From assembly GCF_018350175.1 (NCBI RefSeq), contig NC_058369.1, positions 15,874,001 to 15,938,000 on the forward strand: a DNA stretch of 64,000 nucleotides. The letters are read 5' to 3'. Of the stretch, positions 24,410 to 35,254 are shown one piece after another. This stretch comes from Felis catus (lineage: Eukaryota). The number at the start of each line of letters is the position of its first letter. The first letter of the stretch is position 1. Under the pieces are notes generated by a model, which ran no database searches, was not told the DNA's origin, and saw nothing but the letters and a program-made list of their open reading frames with translations. Made by a program: the position numbers and the translations under genes.

Positions 24410-24580
24410 CGTAACCTACCGGCTGTGTGACTTGGGATAAGTTAATCTACCTCTCTGAGCCTTAGGTTCTCCTCTGTACTGTGGGAAAGTAGCACCTACC
24501 TTGCAGGGCTGCTGTAAGGTAATGCATGTATGAGAAAAGCGACACCTCGGTATTTTCCGGGCCCTCAGTAAATATTGGGG
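24410..24580. mobile_element. MIR in the CCR1 intron
   Basis: GCTGTGTGACTTGGGATAAGTT..CCTCTCTGAGCCT..TCTGTA..ACCTACCTTGCAGGG MIR core. Confidence 0.8.
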
Positions 24581-25403
24581 TCCCTCCTTCCCTGCACCGG
24601 CCCCTCTCTGAGGCCAGTCCCAGGCTGGCCTCAGTCAAGTGGCCACATCACCACTCCCATCCTGAATCTGGAGTCTCTAGTCTTCTAAATTGCTTAGCGA
24701 ATGTTTCCAGCTTACAAAATTCACATTTCTGCAGCGGCCGTTGGAAAATAAGGCACACGGGACAGGGCAGGGGGCTGTCCGGCATCCTGGCTGGGGAGCT
24801 GTCCTTTCCCGTCAAATCCGTCCCTGTGGCTCACTCGTCCGGCTCTGGACTTGCCTATACCCGACCGGCTCTCCTTCTGGAGGGACCCAGGCTGGCAGTC
24901 ACTAACCAGGCTGTGTGGGCAATTTCTGACTTCTGCTGCCCCTGCCAGTCCGGGCAGGTGGGCTTGGCAGACAGCACTTTTGGGTAGGCCGGCAGATTTA
25001 CGGCGGAAGCGACCAGAAGCTTAGCAGCGCAAGGAGCCGCTGCTGCAAGCCTGAGCCCATGAGCCCGGGGGTCCTGGGGAATTGGGGCGAAGATGAGGGC
25101 AAACCGAGTCAGCATTGCCCCCGGGCCATTTGAACATTGACCCGCCTTCACCACCACCCCCTCCAACTTCGTTGGCTATTTTCCCAACTTGCCAGGCGCC
25201 AGGCAACGATCCGCAAGCAAGTCCGGGAGAGGGATGGGGTGGGGGTGGGGAGGAAGGGGCCTTGCAGGGAGACAGAAGGCCCGTGGTGCAACTGAGGCCG
25301 ACAAGACCTCAGCCCCGAGGTGATCAGCAGGATCCTCTAGCCTGGGAGCTGGTGAGGGCTTTGAGTAGGGAAAGGGCAGTCTGTGGGGGCTAAGATGCCC
25401 AAG

Positions 25404-25608
25404 ACTGGTAGCATGCTGGGGCTGGCTTACGCTGGTTCGTAAAAACCGATCGTGCCCACCTCTCCCCAGCTCGGCATTCAGGGCTTTGGTAGCTTTGAAA
25501 TCAACCACAGTGGGGATATCGATGCCACAGAAATCCACAAACACTAGAAATCAGGGCTCTTTTTTTCCCACGAGGGCCAGTGGCTAAACCTTTACCGGCC
25601 CTTCACTG
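25404..25608 (-). mobile_element. MER63-like hAT MITE in the CCR1 intron
   Basis: Minus strand CAGTG..CCGGTAAAGGTTTA..AAAGAGCCCTGATTT..GATTTCAAAGCTACCAA..CCAGC matches recalled MER63A. Confidence 0.7.
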
Positions 25609-26465
25609 CCCACAGGCTGAATAGTCTAGAGCTGTCCCCCCAGTGGGAGCGGGGACTCAAGCGTCAGCGAGTAGTAGACCGCCTGGCTGATAAGCTATGC
25701 AAACTTCTGAGAGCTTCTAACTCGGAAAATCGGGGCACTCCAGATTCTTCTATGAAGGAACAGTTGAAATAGATACCTCCAAGTGGCCCCCACCCCACCC
25801 CTCCCACGCCCCTCCACCTTCGGAACACAGTCTGACCTGCCTCTTTGTTAGTAGAACGGAATGGATGCATCCCAAGAGGACATCTCCCTGTCTCCGGGAG
25901 GGTAAAATCCTACCTCCTCCAGAGACAAATCAGCAGTCCTGACTGTGAGGCTCCTTGGTTCTAGTCTTCTCAAGAAATTGGTCACTGGCACCTGCAGTGT
26001 TTTTTGTAATTAATATTTCTCTTTTGCTACAACTTCTTCATATACCATGTTTGGGTTTTGTTTACATAGGGAAATTTGGCAAGAGATTTCCTCCTGAATA
26101 GTTTTTCCGCAGAGAGCCTCTTGTTTCTTAACAGACTTTAGAAAGGCTGATTTTCTCAATCGGTTACCAACAACCAATCATTCAAGAAAGGCTTTCCTTT
26201 TTTAGCAAGAAAACCCCTGTTTTATATCCGAGCCCACAGTCTCATAAATTCACCCCTTGTCGGTATTGCTATGTAATTAATTGCCTGGTAGATGCATCTA
26301 GGGGCTAATTAGACATTCGCTTGGCCCTCGAAGAATTCCTCACCTTTCAGGAATGTGCTACGGTGCGAGGACGACAGTCCTGGCTGCATATATGTCTTCT
26401 AACAAGATTGCCCTCAGTGGTAACTGACAAGACAGAAAAAAAAAAAAAAAACAAGTACCACTTAC

Positions 26466-26523
26466 TCTGGTCTCAGGGGTTTTGTCCACGAAGTCTTTGT
26501 TTCTGGAGCTTTTCGAATTTTGA
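26466..26523 (-). other. CCR1: CCR1 non-coding exon 1 (5' UTR); 5' end approximate
   Basis: Minus strand reads CCAGAAACAAAGACTTCGTGGACAAAACCCCTGAGACCAGA|GTAAGT. This matches the recalled human CCR1 5' UTR (CCAGAAACAAAGACTTCACGGACAAAGTCCC...) and ends in a consensus GTAAGT donor at 26465. Confidence 0.85.
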
Positions 26524-26858
26524 TGAACTCAAGGCTCAACGTCCTGATTGAACAGGAAGTCCTCAGCTTCCTGTGTGATGATTTAGGACTCCGGGGTTCA
26601 CAGTCTTTCAGAATGACGAGAAGGGGACAGAGTTCTTCCTTTTGTATGGTCGGGTGTCCATGAGTGGCCGCGACACGCGCTAGTGGCCGGTTCCTCCAGG
26701 CTGGGCTCACTCTAAGGATTTTCTCTGCTCACTCGGCTGTGCCTCTCCCTAGGGAGCTCTGCCTTAAGGGGATTGGGTAGGGTAGGGTTGGGTGGAGTTG
26801 AGTGGGGAGAGGTAGTCTGAGCTGTTCCCAGAATTTGTGAAGCAATCAAAGGCTGAGA

Positions 26859-26898
<40 letters not shown>

Positions 26899-26950
26899 TG
26901 AGGGGTGGTGAGGGAGGGCAGGGCATAGAGGGTTTGTGGTCAGTGACTAG
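26524..26950 (-). promoter_or_regulatory. CCR1 proximal promoter (ETS/PU.1-type sites, RUNX-like site)
   Basis: Directly upstream of exon 1. ACAGGAAG 26552-26559, CTTCCTGT 26567-26574, TTCTTCCTTT near 26633 and TGTGGT 26935-26940. Motif match only. Confidence 0.55.
26861..26896 (+). repeat. (GT)18 microsatellite upstream of CCR1
   Basis: Direct observation. Confidence 0.98.
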
Positions 26951-27934
26951 CCTTTTTTTTTTTTTTTTAGAGTTTGCAAATGCAAGGATTTAAACCCCAA
27001 CGCTGGATCCTGGTTCTCCAAATGAACCGGCTGATAGCGCGAGAGACGTGACAGGTCCTCTTTGGCGCCCCCTGTGTCCTCCACCTCTGTTTGCTGTCCC
27101 TTTCTGCTCCCGGTCTCCACCCCTGCAGACCCCACCGGAACAGTTTCATCTCGAGGAACCTCCAGCCCGAAGTGAGTACAGGTCTGTAGGCTGAGTTTCA
27201 GCCATGTCTTTCTGATCGCAGGTTCCTGTTTAATGCGATGGTCCAACCGAGGCTGCGGCCAAATCCCAGCTCTCCCCTGACACAAGGGCCGGTAACCCCG
27301 CCTTGACAAGTCTTGGCTCCTACTCCATCGCATGAGGTCGCCAAGCACTCTTGCTTGCCGCAGGATGCACAAGGTCAGCTTGGAGGTGAAAAGTGTCACA
27401 GAGCACCTGGCCTAAGGAAGAGTGACGAAGGATGCTTCCCACGACTCTCCCCACAGCCGCCGGCACCTGCTCTGCCACTGTGCTGGCTTCCCCCCTGCCC
27501 GCCACTCTGGGCTCCACTCCTTTTCTGTTAAATGGGACTCTAGTGGCCTTCACAGGATTGCTGCAAAGCACCATTTCAGAAATGAATGCGAATGTGATTT
27601 GCAAATGTCACTTGTCCCTTCAAGGCTCTGTTTCTTCATCGGTAGAATGAAGACTTTAGACAAGGTGCCCCGTGTGCCCTTCAAAGGAACACTCCAGGAG
27701 TCTTCTGGGGTCGGGCCTCCCCTCTCGGGCAGCCCGTCCACAGACAGATGGGGGAAGAGGGAGGCAAAAGGCAACTAAGCTGACAAAGAGGTGACTTTGG
27801 GTGTATTATTTATGCGTTCGATTGTCTCTTTCCTCTTCTGTAAGACGAGGTTTATTATTCCCACTTTATAGAAGGTTAAATGAATACATGCATATGAATG
27901 AACGATTTGGTGCTGAGCTTGGCAAACATTACCA

Positions 27935-28330
27935 ACGCCTGCCTTAATTTGGGTTTCCCTTTTAGGTGCAAACCCTGGAACGGAACGCAGATGCAAGTAA
28001 TGTATTTGCAGCGGATCCCAGGAGACACTGCAGGGGAGGGGACAGGGGGACAGGAAAGGGAGCATTATAGAGCCACTCCTGCAGAAGGTAAGTGGCACCC
28101 AGGCCCCCTGGGGACCCCAGGGAGCCCCTCAGAGTCACCCCAACTGTGGGGCCAGAGGGTTGAGGAAACCGGGCACGTATCCATCACATCTCTGCCTGCC
28201 CGCCACTGGCTGAGGGCCACTTCTCTCTGGCTTTTGTCGCTGGATATCATCCCCAGGAGATTCTTCTCCACCAGCGCGCGGGGCTGGGCATTTAGGCAGT
28301 GGCCGTGGCCCTAGATGTAGTGGGAACAGA
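27935..28330. mobile_element. Ancient ERVL-type solo LTR (LTR33/LTR16-like)
   Basis: GGGTTTCCC..GCAAACCCTG..GATGCAAGTAATGTATTTG..GATCCCAGGAGACAC resembles recalled ERVL LTR ends. Confidence 0.45.
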
Positions 28331-30329
28331 CAGGAGTGTCAGGAAGGTGCACACCACGGCCTTCTAACCTTGACTTTGCCTCGGCCTCTGTTTCCTTAAT
28401 GGGGCGCCCCCTGCCGCGTCAACCCCCGATCCGGCCTGCTGACCCTCCTCCTTCATGTCCCATGCTGCCTTTCTGGGTCTCATCCGCGACATCTGATGCT
28501 GACGCAGCCGTTCCCACTTCTCCTTTCCTGTCTCAACCTCAACGTCCCGAAATCTTATGTTCTGTTTGACCGGGACGCGGTGAGGCCAGGCTCCTTGCCT
28601 GAGTGGAGCCGGCGCGTCATTGAGGTACGCCTTTCAGGGTCAAGTGCTACACCTGTAGGTGAATTTCCGGGGGAGGGGAGGGGCTGGCAGTGCTCTCTCT
28701 GCCACCCAGTCCCGGGCCACGCTGTCTGCCTACTTGGCAAAAGAGATTGCTTCCGAGCCCGGGCCCCTCTGGGGACACCAAAGACAGATTGGCGGGCGTC
28801 TCACAGATGGACACGAGGGCCTTTGGGGGACACTGGTGGCCCCTAGGCAGTAGCCTACCCTTGCCCCCTCCACACCACTGCCTTTTATCCCCACCTCGTC
28901 TAATCTCCTTCCCTAGCCTCTCTCTCCACCACCCCTTCTTCCCCAGGCAGTCTTTTCTCCTCCTTAATCTCCACCTCTGCTCTCACGCCTGGTAGCTCCC
29001 AGGCTGTCTTGCCCCACAACGTGCTGCCAACCCAGCCTGGCAAGCCAGAGGAAGCAGGTCCAGTAATCTGTCCCCTGCATTCTGCCCAGCTGCCCTCTTG
29101 TGCTGGGTCATGTCCCGTCGTGAATGAGGATGTTGGGCACGACCACGACCCAGGACAGACGAGAAGCCACCCTGCCTGGATCACCCAAGAGCCCACCTCC
29201 TCCCTGCAGCCCTTCCCACTCCACTCTCTGCAGCCAGAAATCATCCGGGAGAGGCAGGTGCGGGGGCTCTGAGGGGCTTATGGGTTTTTTTTTTTTGTTT
29301 GTTTTGCTTTGTTTTGTGTTTTGCAGGGGTGGGGCTCGGGCGTGAGCAAAAGCTGCCGAGCGTCTTAAGGCCTGGCCTCAGAAGTCACCTCGTGTCACCT
29401 CTGCTGCGTTGTGAGGGTCGAAGCACGTCACCGAGCCCAGCCACAGCCAAGGAGTCGGGAGATAGGACACGTGGGTTTAGTTGGAGTGGTGCAGTCACGC
29501 TGTGGAAGGCCGTGTGCCCCAGGATGGGGTGGGGGGGGGGGCTTGAAACTGTATTTTACCCTCCACCGAAGTACAGGTCTCCTCCAGTCTCTGGCCAAGG
29601 GCTTCCTTGAACCCTCTCCCCCATGGCCATGTCTTCCGTGCTCCTCGGCCACTCACGCCCGTGACCCTAACTCCCGGATCTCGCCGTCAGAGCAACCGCG
29701 GCCCCTCATACCTTGGCTCCCGGCACCCCAGCCTCTGACCCCACTCCCACCTCTCCTGCCATTCGGCACCAACAGGTCCTTGACCCCAGTGGGGCTGTGG
29801 GTATGTCAATTTTCTACAGACCGTCAGCCTCCTTATACTGCCCACCAGCCTGACCCCACGGGCCATTGCTCCGGTCTCCGTCCCCCACCCCCTTACCTCC
29901 ACCCTCAGCTCTCAGGGTCTTTTCTGACCTCGTGGCGTCCACCCAGCAAAATCCGGCCTCGGGCACAGCCAGCCCCACGCCCGCACCCACGAAGTTGAAT
30001 GCGGCTGGAGGGAACCCCGCAGGCGTCCTGCGAGAACTGAGTTGTCACCCACCGTCGGAAGGCGGGGAGGAACGAAGAGGCGATAACAACCCTTCAGACC
30101 TCAGATCTGAGCCGTGGACGGATCTTAGGCGTGCGGACCTCTCCCCTCCTCCTTCTAGTCCGAGAGCCGAATCCGGGGACTGGCTCGCGCTGGCTCTTTC
30201 CTCCCACCGCATTCACCGCACGTCCACGAAGTGCCCCCGATCTCGGTCGCGCACCGGGCAGTTACGGGGCTCAGCGGAGCTAGGCAGGGCCCGGAACCAG
30301 CGCGAACTCCAGGGGTGGTCGGGGGGCTG

Positions 30330-30497
30330 GCCGCACCCGCATCACGTGGGAGCTTGTTGAGAAGAAAGGTTCTCAGGGCCTCACCCCGGACCTGCAGAAT
30401 CCGAATCCCCGGGGGCGGGTGTCGGACCCAGAAGCTGTGTTTGGGGCAAGCCCTCTGGTGCCTCTTATTTATGCTGGAGTTTGAGGATCCTGTCTAG
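30330..30497. mobile_element. MER5A-like hAT MITE
   Basis: GCATCACGTGGGAGCTTGTT..CTCAGGGCCTCACCCCGGACCT..GAATCCGAATC..AAGCCCTC..AGTTTGAG. Confidence 0.7.
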
Positions 30498-31151
30498 ACA
30501 CTTGCTGATTAGTGTGTGACACCAAGACCCGGGCGCTCGTCCAAAACGGCAGACCCTGGGACCTCACCACGGGCCCCCTGAGAGAGAAACTACGTTTTCA
30601 CCGGGCCCCCCAGGGATCTGTCACGGGCCCAGGGGCTGGAGGTGGCCGAAGGACGCGTCCCAGGGCGTAGACGCTCAGGAAGCCTTGGGTGACTGGTTGT
30701 CGCACAGAAGGAGCACCCTCGCCGGGCTGCCCAGATAGGTTCCACTTCCCGGGCCCACGCGGAGGCTCAGCGGGGACGCCCTGGGGCCTGACCTCGCATC
30801 TGGTCCCTACGCTGTATTAGGGAGGCTGAGGGAGAGTCGCGCCTACCCGCCGCCGGTGGGGGTAGAAATCCGGTCCCCCTCCCCGGAGGGCTCTTTGGCC
30901 ATGTCTGCCGCGCCCCAGGCTGGACGGATGGAGCAAAGGCCGTGTGCCCTGGATGCCGCCAGCAGGAAGGCCCTGGTGGGGAAGGTACAATGTCTCTGGA
31001 AGGAAGCAGGATGAACGGCTAATATTCCTGGTCCCTGGGGAGGGAGGCAGGTGCGCCTGGGGGAGACACCAAGCCCGAGTTTTCACTGTCTGTTACTTTG
31101 TACCGCTTGGCTTTTGTACCAAGTACAACTGTTATCCGCCTGGTGGTTTTC

Positions 31152-31301
31152 TTTCCTTTTTTTTTCAATATATGAAATTTATCGTCAAATTGGTTTCCAT
31201 ACGACACCCAGCGCTCATCCCAAAAGGTGCCCTCCTCAGTACCCATCCCCCACCCCCCCGTCCCTCCCACCCCCCATCAACCCTCAGTTTGTTCTCGGTC
31301 C
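31152..31301 (-). mobile_element. 5'-truncated young feline L1 3' end with TSD
   Basis: CAATATATGAAATTTATCGTCAAATTGGTTTCCAT.. TSD CCTGG(T/C)GGTTTTC at 31139-31151 and 31302-31314. Confidence 0.92.
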
Positions 31302-31328
31302 CCTGGCGGTTTTCAAAATGGGGTCCAA

Positions 31329-31556
31329 GGGGCGCCTGGGTGGCGCAGTCGGTGAAGCGTCCGACTTCAGCCAGGTCACGATCTCGTGCTCCGTGAGTTC
31401 GAGCCCCGCGTCGGGCTCTGGGCTGACGGCTCGGAGCCTGGAGCCTGTTTCCGATTCTGTGTCTCCCTCTCTCTCTGCCCCTCCCCCGTTCGTGCTCTGT
31501 CTCTCTCTGTCCCAAAAATAAATAAATAACGTTGAAAAAAAAATTAAAAAAAAAAA
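31329..31556 (+). mobile_element. Young feline CanSINE
   Basis: Near-consensus body and A tail. No clear TSD. Confidence 0.93.
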
Positions 31557-31769
31557 CCAATCACAACAGACGGGGCAGGTGGTGGGGCAGAAGTAGCTTT
31601 GGGGATCCGGCCACTCTTTGCACTGACATTGTTTGCCTCCGGGGAAAACAAAATTATTTTCCCGAAAGTGTTATTTATGTTATGATGTAACAGTTTCATT
31701 CCTGTTATTTTAAGGGAATCGCTGAATTTGTGTTCAGGGCTCAGTGTTAGTTCCTGCTACGGTACATAT

Positions 31770-31988
31770 CTTTTTTATTAAAATTTTTTTAATGTTTATT
31801 TTTGAGAGAGAGAGAGAGAGCACGCGTGTGAGCGCTAGTGGGGGAAGGGCAGAGAGAGGGGGAGACACAGAATCCGAAGCAGGCGCCAGGCTCCAAGCTG
31901 TCAGCACAGCGCCCGACGCAGGGCTCGAACTCAGGGACCGCGAGAGCATGACCCGAGCCGAAGTCGGACGCGTAACCGACTCTGCCAC
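31770..31988 (-). mobile_element. CanSINE
   Basis: Antisense SINE body. Confidence 0.88.
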
Positions 31989-32761
31989 AGTAAATGTTAA
32001 TAATCCACATAAACAAAGGCTCGTTGGTGTGTGCAATGGTACTGTAGACATACACATTCCTGAGACTGAATCTTGAGAACTGTTGGTTCGGGGCAGACTG
32101 ATACAGCTACATTCTTGCAAACACCCGGTTCCCCCGAATAGTAGCTGGTGACCCAGGGCAAGCTCACTATTTTCCTGAGCCTCACTTTTCCCCTCTGTGA
32201 GCCTTAAGGAAGGGATGCGCCTAAGACCTTTAGTACGTAGTGTTACTCAGTGTTGTTATGGCTCCCTAACCCCTACGGCAGACTCAGGCGACCCAACTAC
32301 ACCGTCAGTGACATTAAGTCGGTAGCCGGAACTTGGCCACGGGAAGAGCCTTTCCCCCCCCGCCCCCCCGGGGGATCAGCAAATGCCACGCGTTGATGCC
32401 TTTTTCGTTCTTTCCTCCCGGAGGGCTGATAGGGGTCCTTTGCCAGCTCACACTGCCGGGCGACCGCAGGCCGTGAGTGCACAGGGCCTCAGTGTTAAAT
32501 CTGTGTGGCCAGAGGGACCTAATGGGAAAGTTTGCCTCTCAGTGTATACGAACCTCGGGTCTGGGCAGAAACTAGCTTTTATTTGAGTGCCTGCCCTTTG
32601 CACAACTAGCCGGGGGCCCAGCTGCCTGATTTCAGGGGGATCCCCTCACGCCGGAGGGGCGCCTGCTCACGCTCCTACAGACCGGGCTGGAGAGGAAGGT
32701 CTAGGAACAGAAATTTCTCCCAACTCCCTTTGTCCTGCACCAGCATTTCCTTCCCTAAAGT

Positions 32762-33055
32762 GCCCCCAGCGTGCCCCCCTCCCCCTTCTCCAGGGCCCCC
32801 CCTCTCCCCCAGGGAGCCCCCCTCCCCCTGCTCCAGGGCCCCCCTCTCCCCCAGGGAGCCCCCCTCCCCCTGCTCCAGGGCCCCCCTCCCCCCAGGGAGC
32901 CCCCCTCCCCCTGCTCCAGGGCCCCCCTCCCCCCAGGGAGCCCCCCTCCCCCTGCTCCAGGGCCCCCCTCCCCCCAGGGAGCCCCCCTCCCCCTGCTCCA
33001 GGGCCCCCCTCTCCCCCAGGGAGCCCCCCTCCCCCTGCTCCGGGACCTCCCCCCC
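32762..33055. repeat. C-rich minisatellite (VNTR), six full units of 41-43 bp plus partial flanks
   Basis: Unit CTCCAGGGCCCCCCTC(T)CCCCCAGGGAGCCCCCCTCCCCCTG starts at 32788, 32831, 32873, 32914, 32955 and 32996. Confidence 0.97.
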
Positions 33056-35019
33056 AACGCCGCTTCACTGCTGTCCACACAGTGCTACTTTCTCATCTTG
33101 AGTTCCCATTTTGAGCCTCCTGTCCTCTTTCTGATGCTTCCAATCATGCCTGTTTCGTGACATCTCTGTAAAGAGGACCCAGAGTCCCTTCAAAGGCCTT
33201 TCCAAAGATGGCTGTTGGGGGGGCCCTCCCCAGGTCGGGCGAACCTGAGGCCAGTTGGGCCTCCCTGCCCCGGGCTTGCATTTTCAGTGGCCTTAGTTAC
33301 ACAGAGCACCGGGGAGGGACTGTCCCGGGGAGAAGAGACAAAGACCCCCCATCCTTCCTCCTGACGCTCAAGGAGGGAGGTCTGGCAGTATGGCCCACAG
33401 GGGTCTAAACCAATTACCACTGGGGGACAGAGTCGGTGGACCGCCCCTCCCAGGGCCTGCTCCCAAGAGTAGAGAGGACAATGGCTGTGGCTTGAAGGCC
33501 GTGACCTCCCGCGCTCACCACGACCGGGTCCTTTAGAGGGCACTCTTGGACCGTGGCAGAGGCGTCATCCGGGGCCTGATGTCGAAGGTCCTCCTGCTGT
33601 CTGGGCAGGAGAATTCCTGTTTCAGGACAGCGCGGCCAGAGGACGCAGGACCACGGGCCAGGCCACCAGCCGCCACTAGGGATCCCATCAACAAGCGGTC
33701 GGCCCCCTGCCCGCAGCCCCAGGGTGTGGCCTCGAGCATTCGTGGGTGGGCAAGGTGGGGGGAGGCACGGAGGCTTCCCGGGGACACACGGGCTTCAAGA
33801 GCAGTTGGGTGCGTGAGGGATCCCGCTTTCCAGGCTGGAGACGTTTCAGGGAGAGGGGCTGACAGCCTGGCTGTGCCACTCTCTCTTGCGTCGTTCGCTC
33901 CTCTCCCGCTGACGCCTTACTGTCCAGGGCACCAGCCAGGCGGCCTTAGGCTTCCCATCGAAGGTACCACCAGGCCGGCAGAGACGTCGGGAGGAAAGCC
34001 TGCAGGGTGCCCTTCTCCTGGGCGCTGCCTCGGAGAGCTGGCTCCCCAGGTCCTCCCCTCGTTGTCCGTGCGTCTCCCAGCAAAGAATAATTCCCCCGGC
34101 CTGTCACGCTTGGGTCCCAATTACGGCTCCCTCGGACGCCCACCGTGCGACGTGCAGTCTCGGGCGATTTTCTCCGCCACTTGCCTCGAGCTTCAGTTTC
34201 CCCATGTGCCTGGCAGCCGGCAGGTGTCCAGCCGATGGGAACCAAGTGGCAGTCTATTTCTTTCGCCCAAGCCTCCATCGAAGTGGCAAAGGTGTGGCAG
34301 AAGTGCCTCCTGCGTGCAAAAAACAAAAAAGCCATCCAAGGACCCCCACCCCCCACCTCCGCGCTGAAAAGGGAAAGGGAAGAAGAGACTATCTCAAGGA
34401 GGTGCCCTATTTATGTGCTGCCCACCACACGCTGTTCCGGGATATCATGGAACCTGTGTTACCTCTTTTCTCTCCAACTTGACTGGAAGCTTCTCCGCAG
34501 CTGGACCCGGGCCCCACCGTCTCGTGCACGGTTTCCACAGCACCCTGCACAGAGCTACACGAACGCAAGGTGCTGGGGGTCCACACCTGTGCACTGAGGT
34601 GTGCGTGTGACCACAGGTGAGGGTGACGTGTGACATCTTTTGTTCAGAGCGACATTGTCAGGCACCTGCCTGAATAAACTCATTTTCTCTTTCCATCCTG
34701 CCTTAGTGCCGGGAGTGTGAAATCTTCCTGCTCCTGAGAAGGAGGTGAGGGGAGAAGGGACAAATGGTAGAGACCTGTGTCCCGTGGCTGGTCCAGCATC
34801 TGGCCGGGCAGGGGCTGGCATGAGGCCGAGATCCTGGCCGTGGTATTGGGGGATGGCTGGTCTCTCCAGTGGGGTCCAGAAGCTACAGCCTGGGCATTGT
34901 TGCAACTGAATCGGTGTTAGGTGTGACCGGGGATTCTAGGAGCCGAGTAGAAAAGGGCACGAATGCCCGTAGCCAGAAACAGGTCAAGATACCCCTCTTG
35001 GATGAAAGGCTTATATACA

Positions 35020-35249
35020 GGGGCGCCTGGGTGGCGCAGTCGGTTAAGTGTCCGACTTCAGCCAGGTCACGATCTCGCGGTCCGTGAGTTCGAGCCCCGT
35101 GTCGGGCTCTGGGCTGATGGCTCGGAGCCTGGAGCCTGTTTCCGATTCTGTGTCTCCCTCTCTCTCTGCCCCTCCCCCGTTCATGCTCTGTCTCTCTCTG
35201 TCCCAAAAATAAATAAAAAACATTGAAAAAAAAATGAAAAAAAAAAAAA
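35020..35249 (+). mobile_element. Young feline CanSINE
   Basis: Near-consensus body and A tail. Confidence 0.93.
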
Positions 35250-35254
35250 GATAA

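Noticed and set aside
32587..33160. Proline-rich/glycine-rich extensin- or collagen-like ORFs on both strands
   Set aside because: Produced by the VNTR, whose unit lengths (41-43 bp) do not keep frame.
33546..34367. 273-aa plus-strand ORF
   Set aside because: Non-ATG start, low-complexity Pro/Arg/Ser/Gly composition expected from high GC, no domain or splice support.
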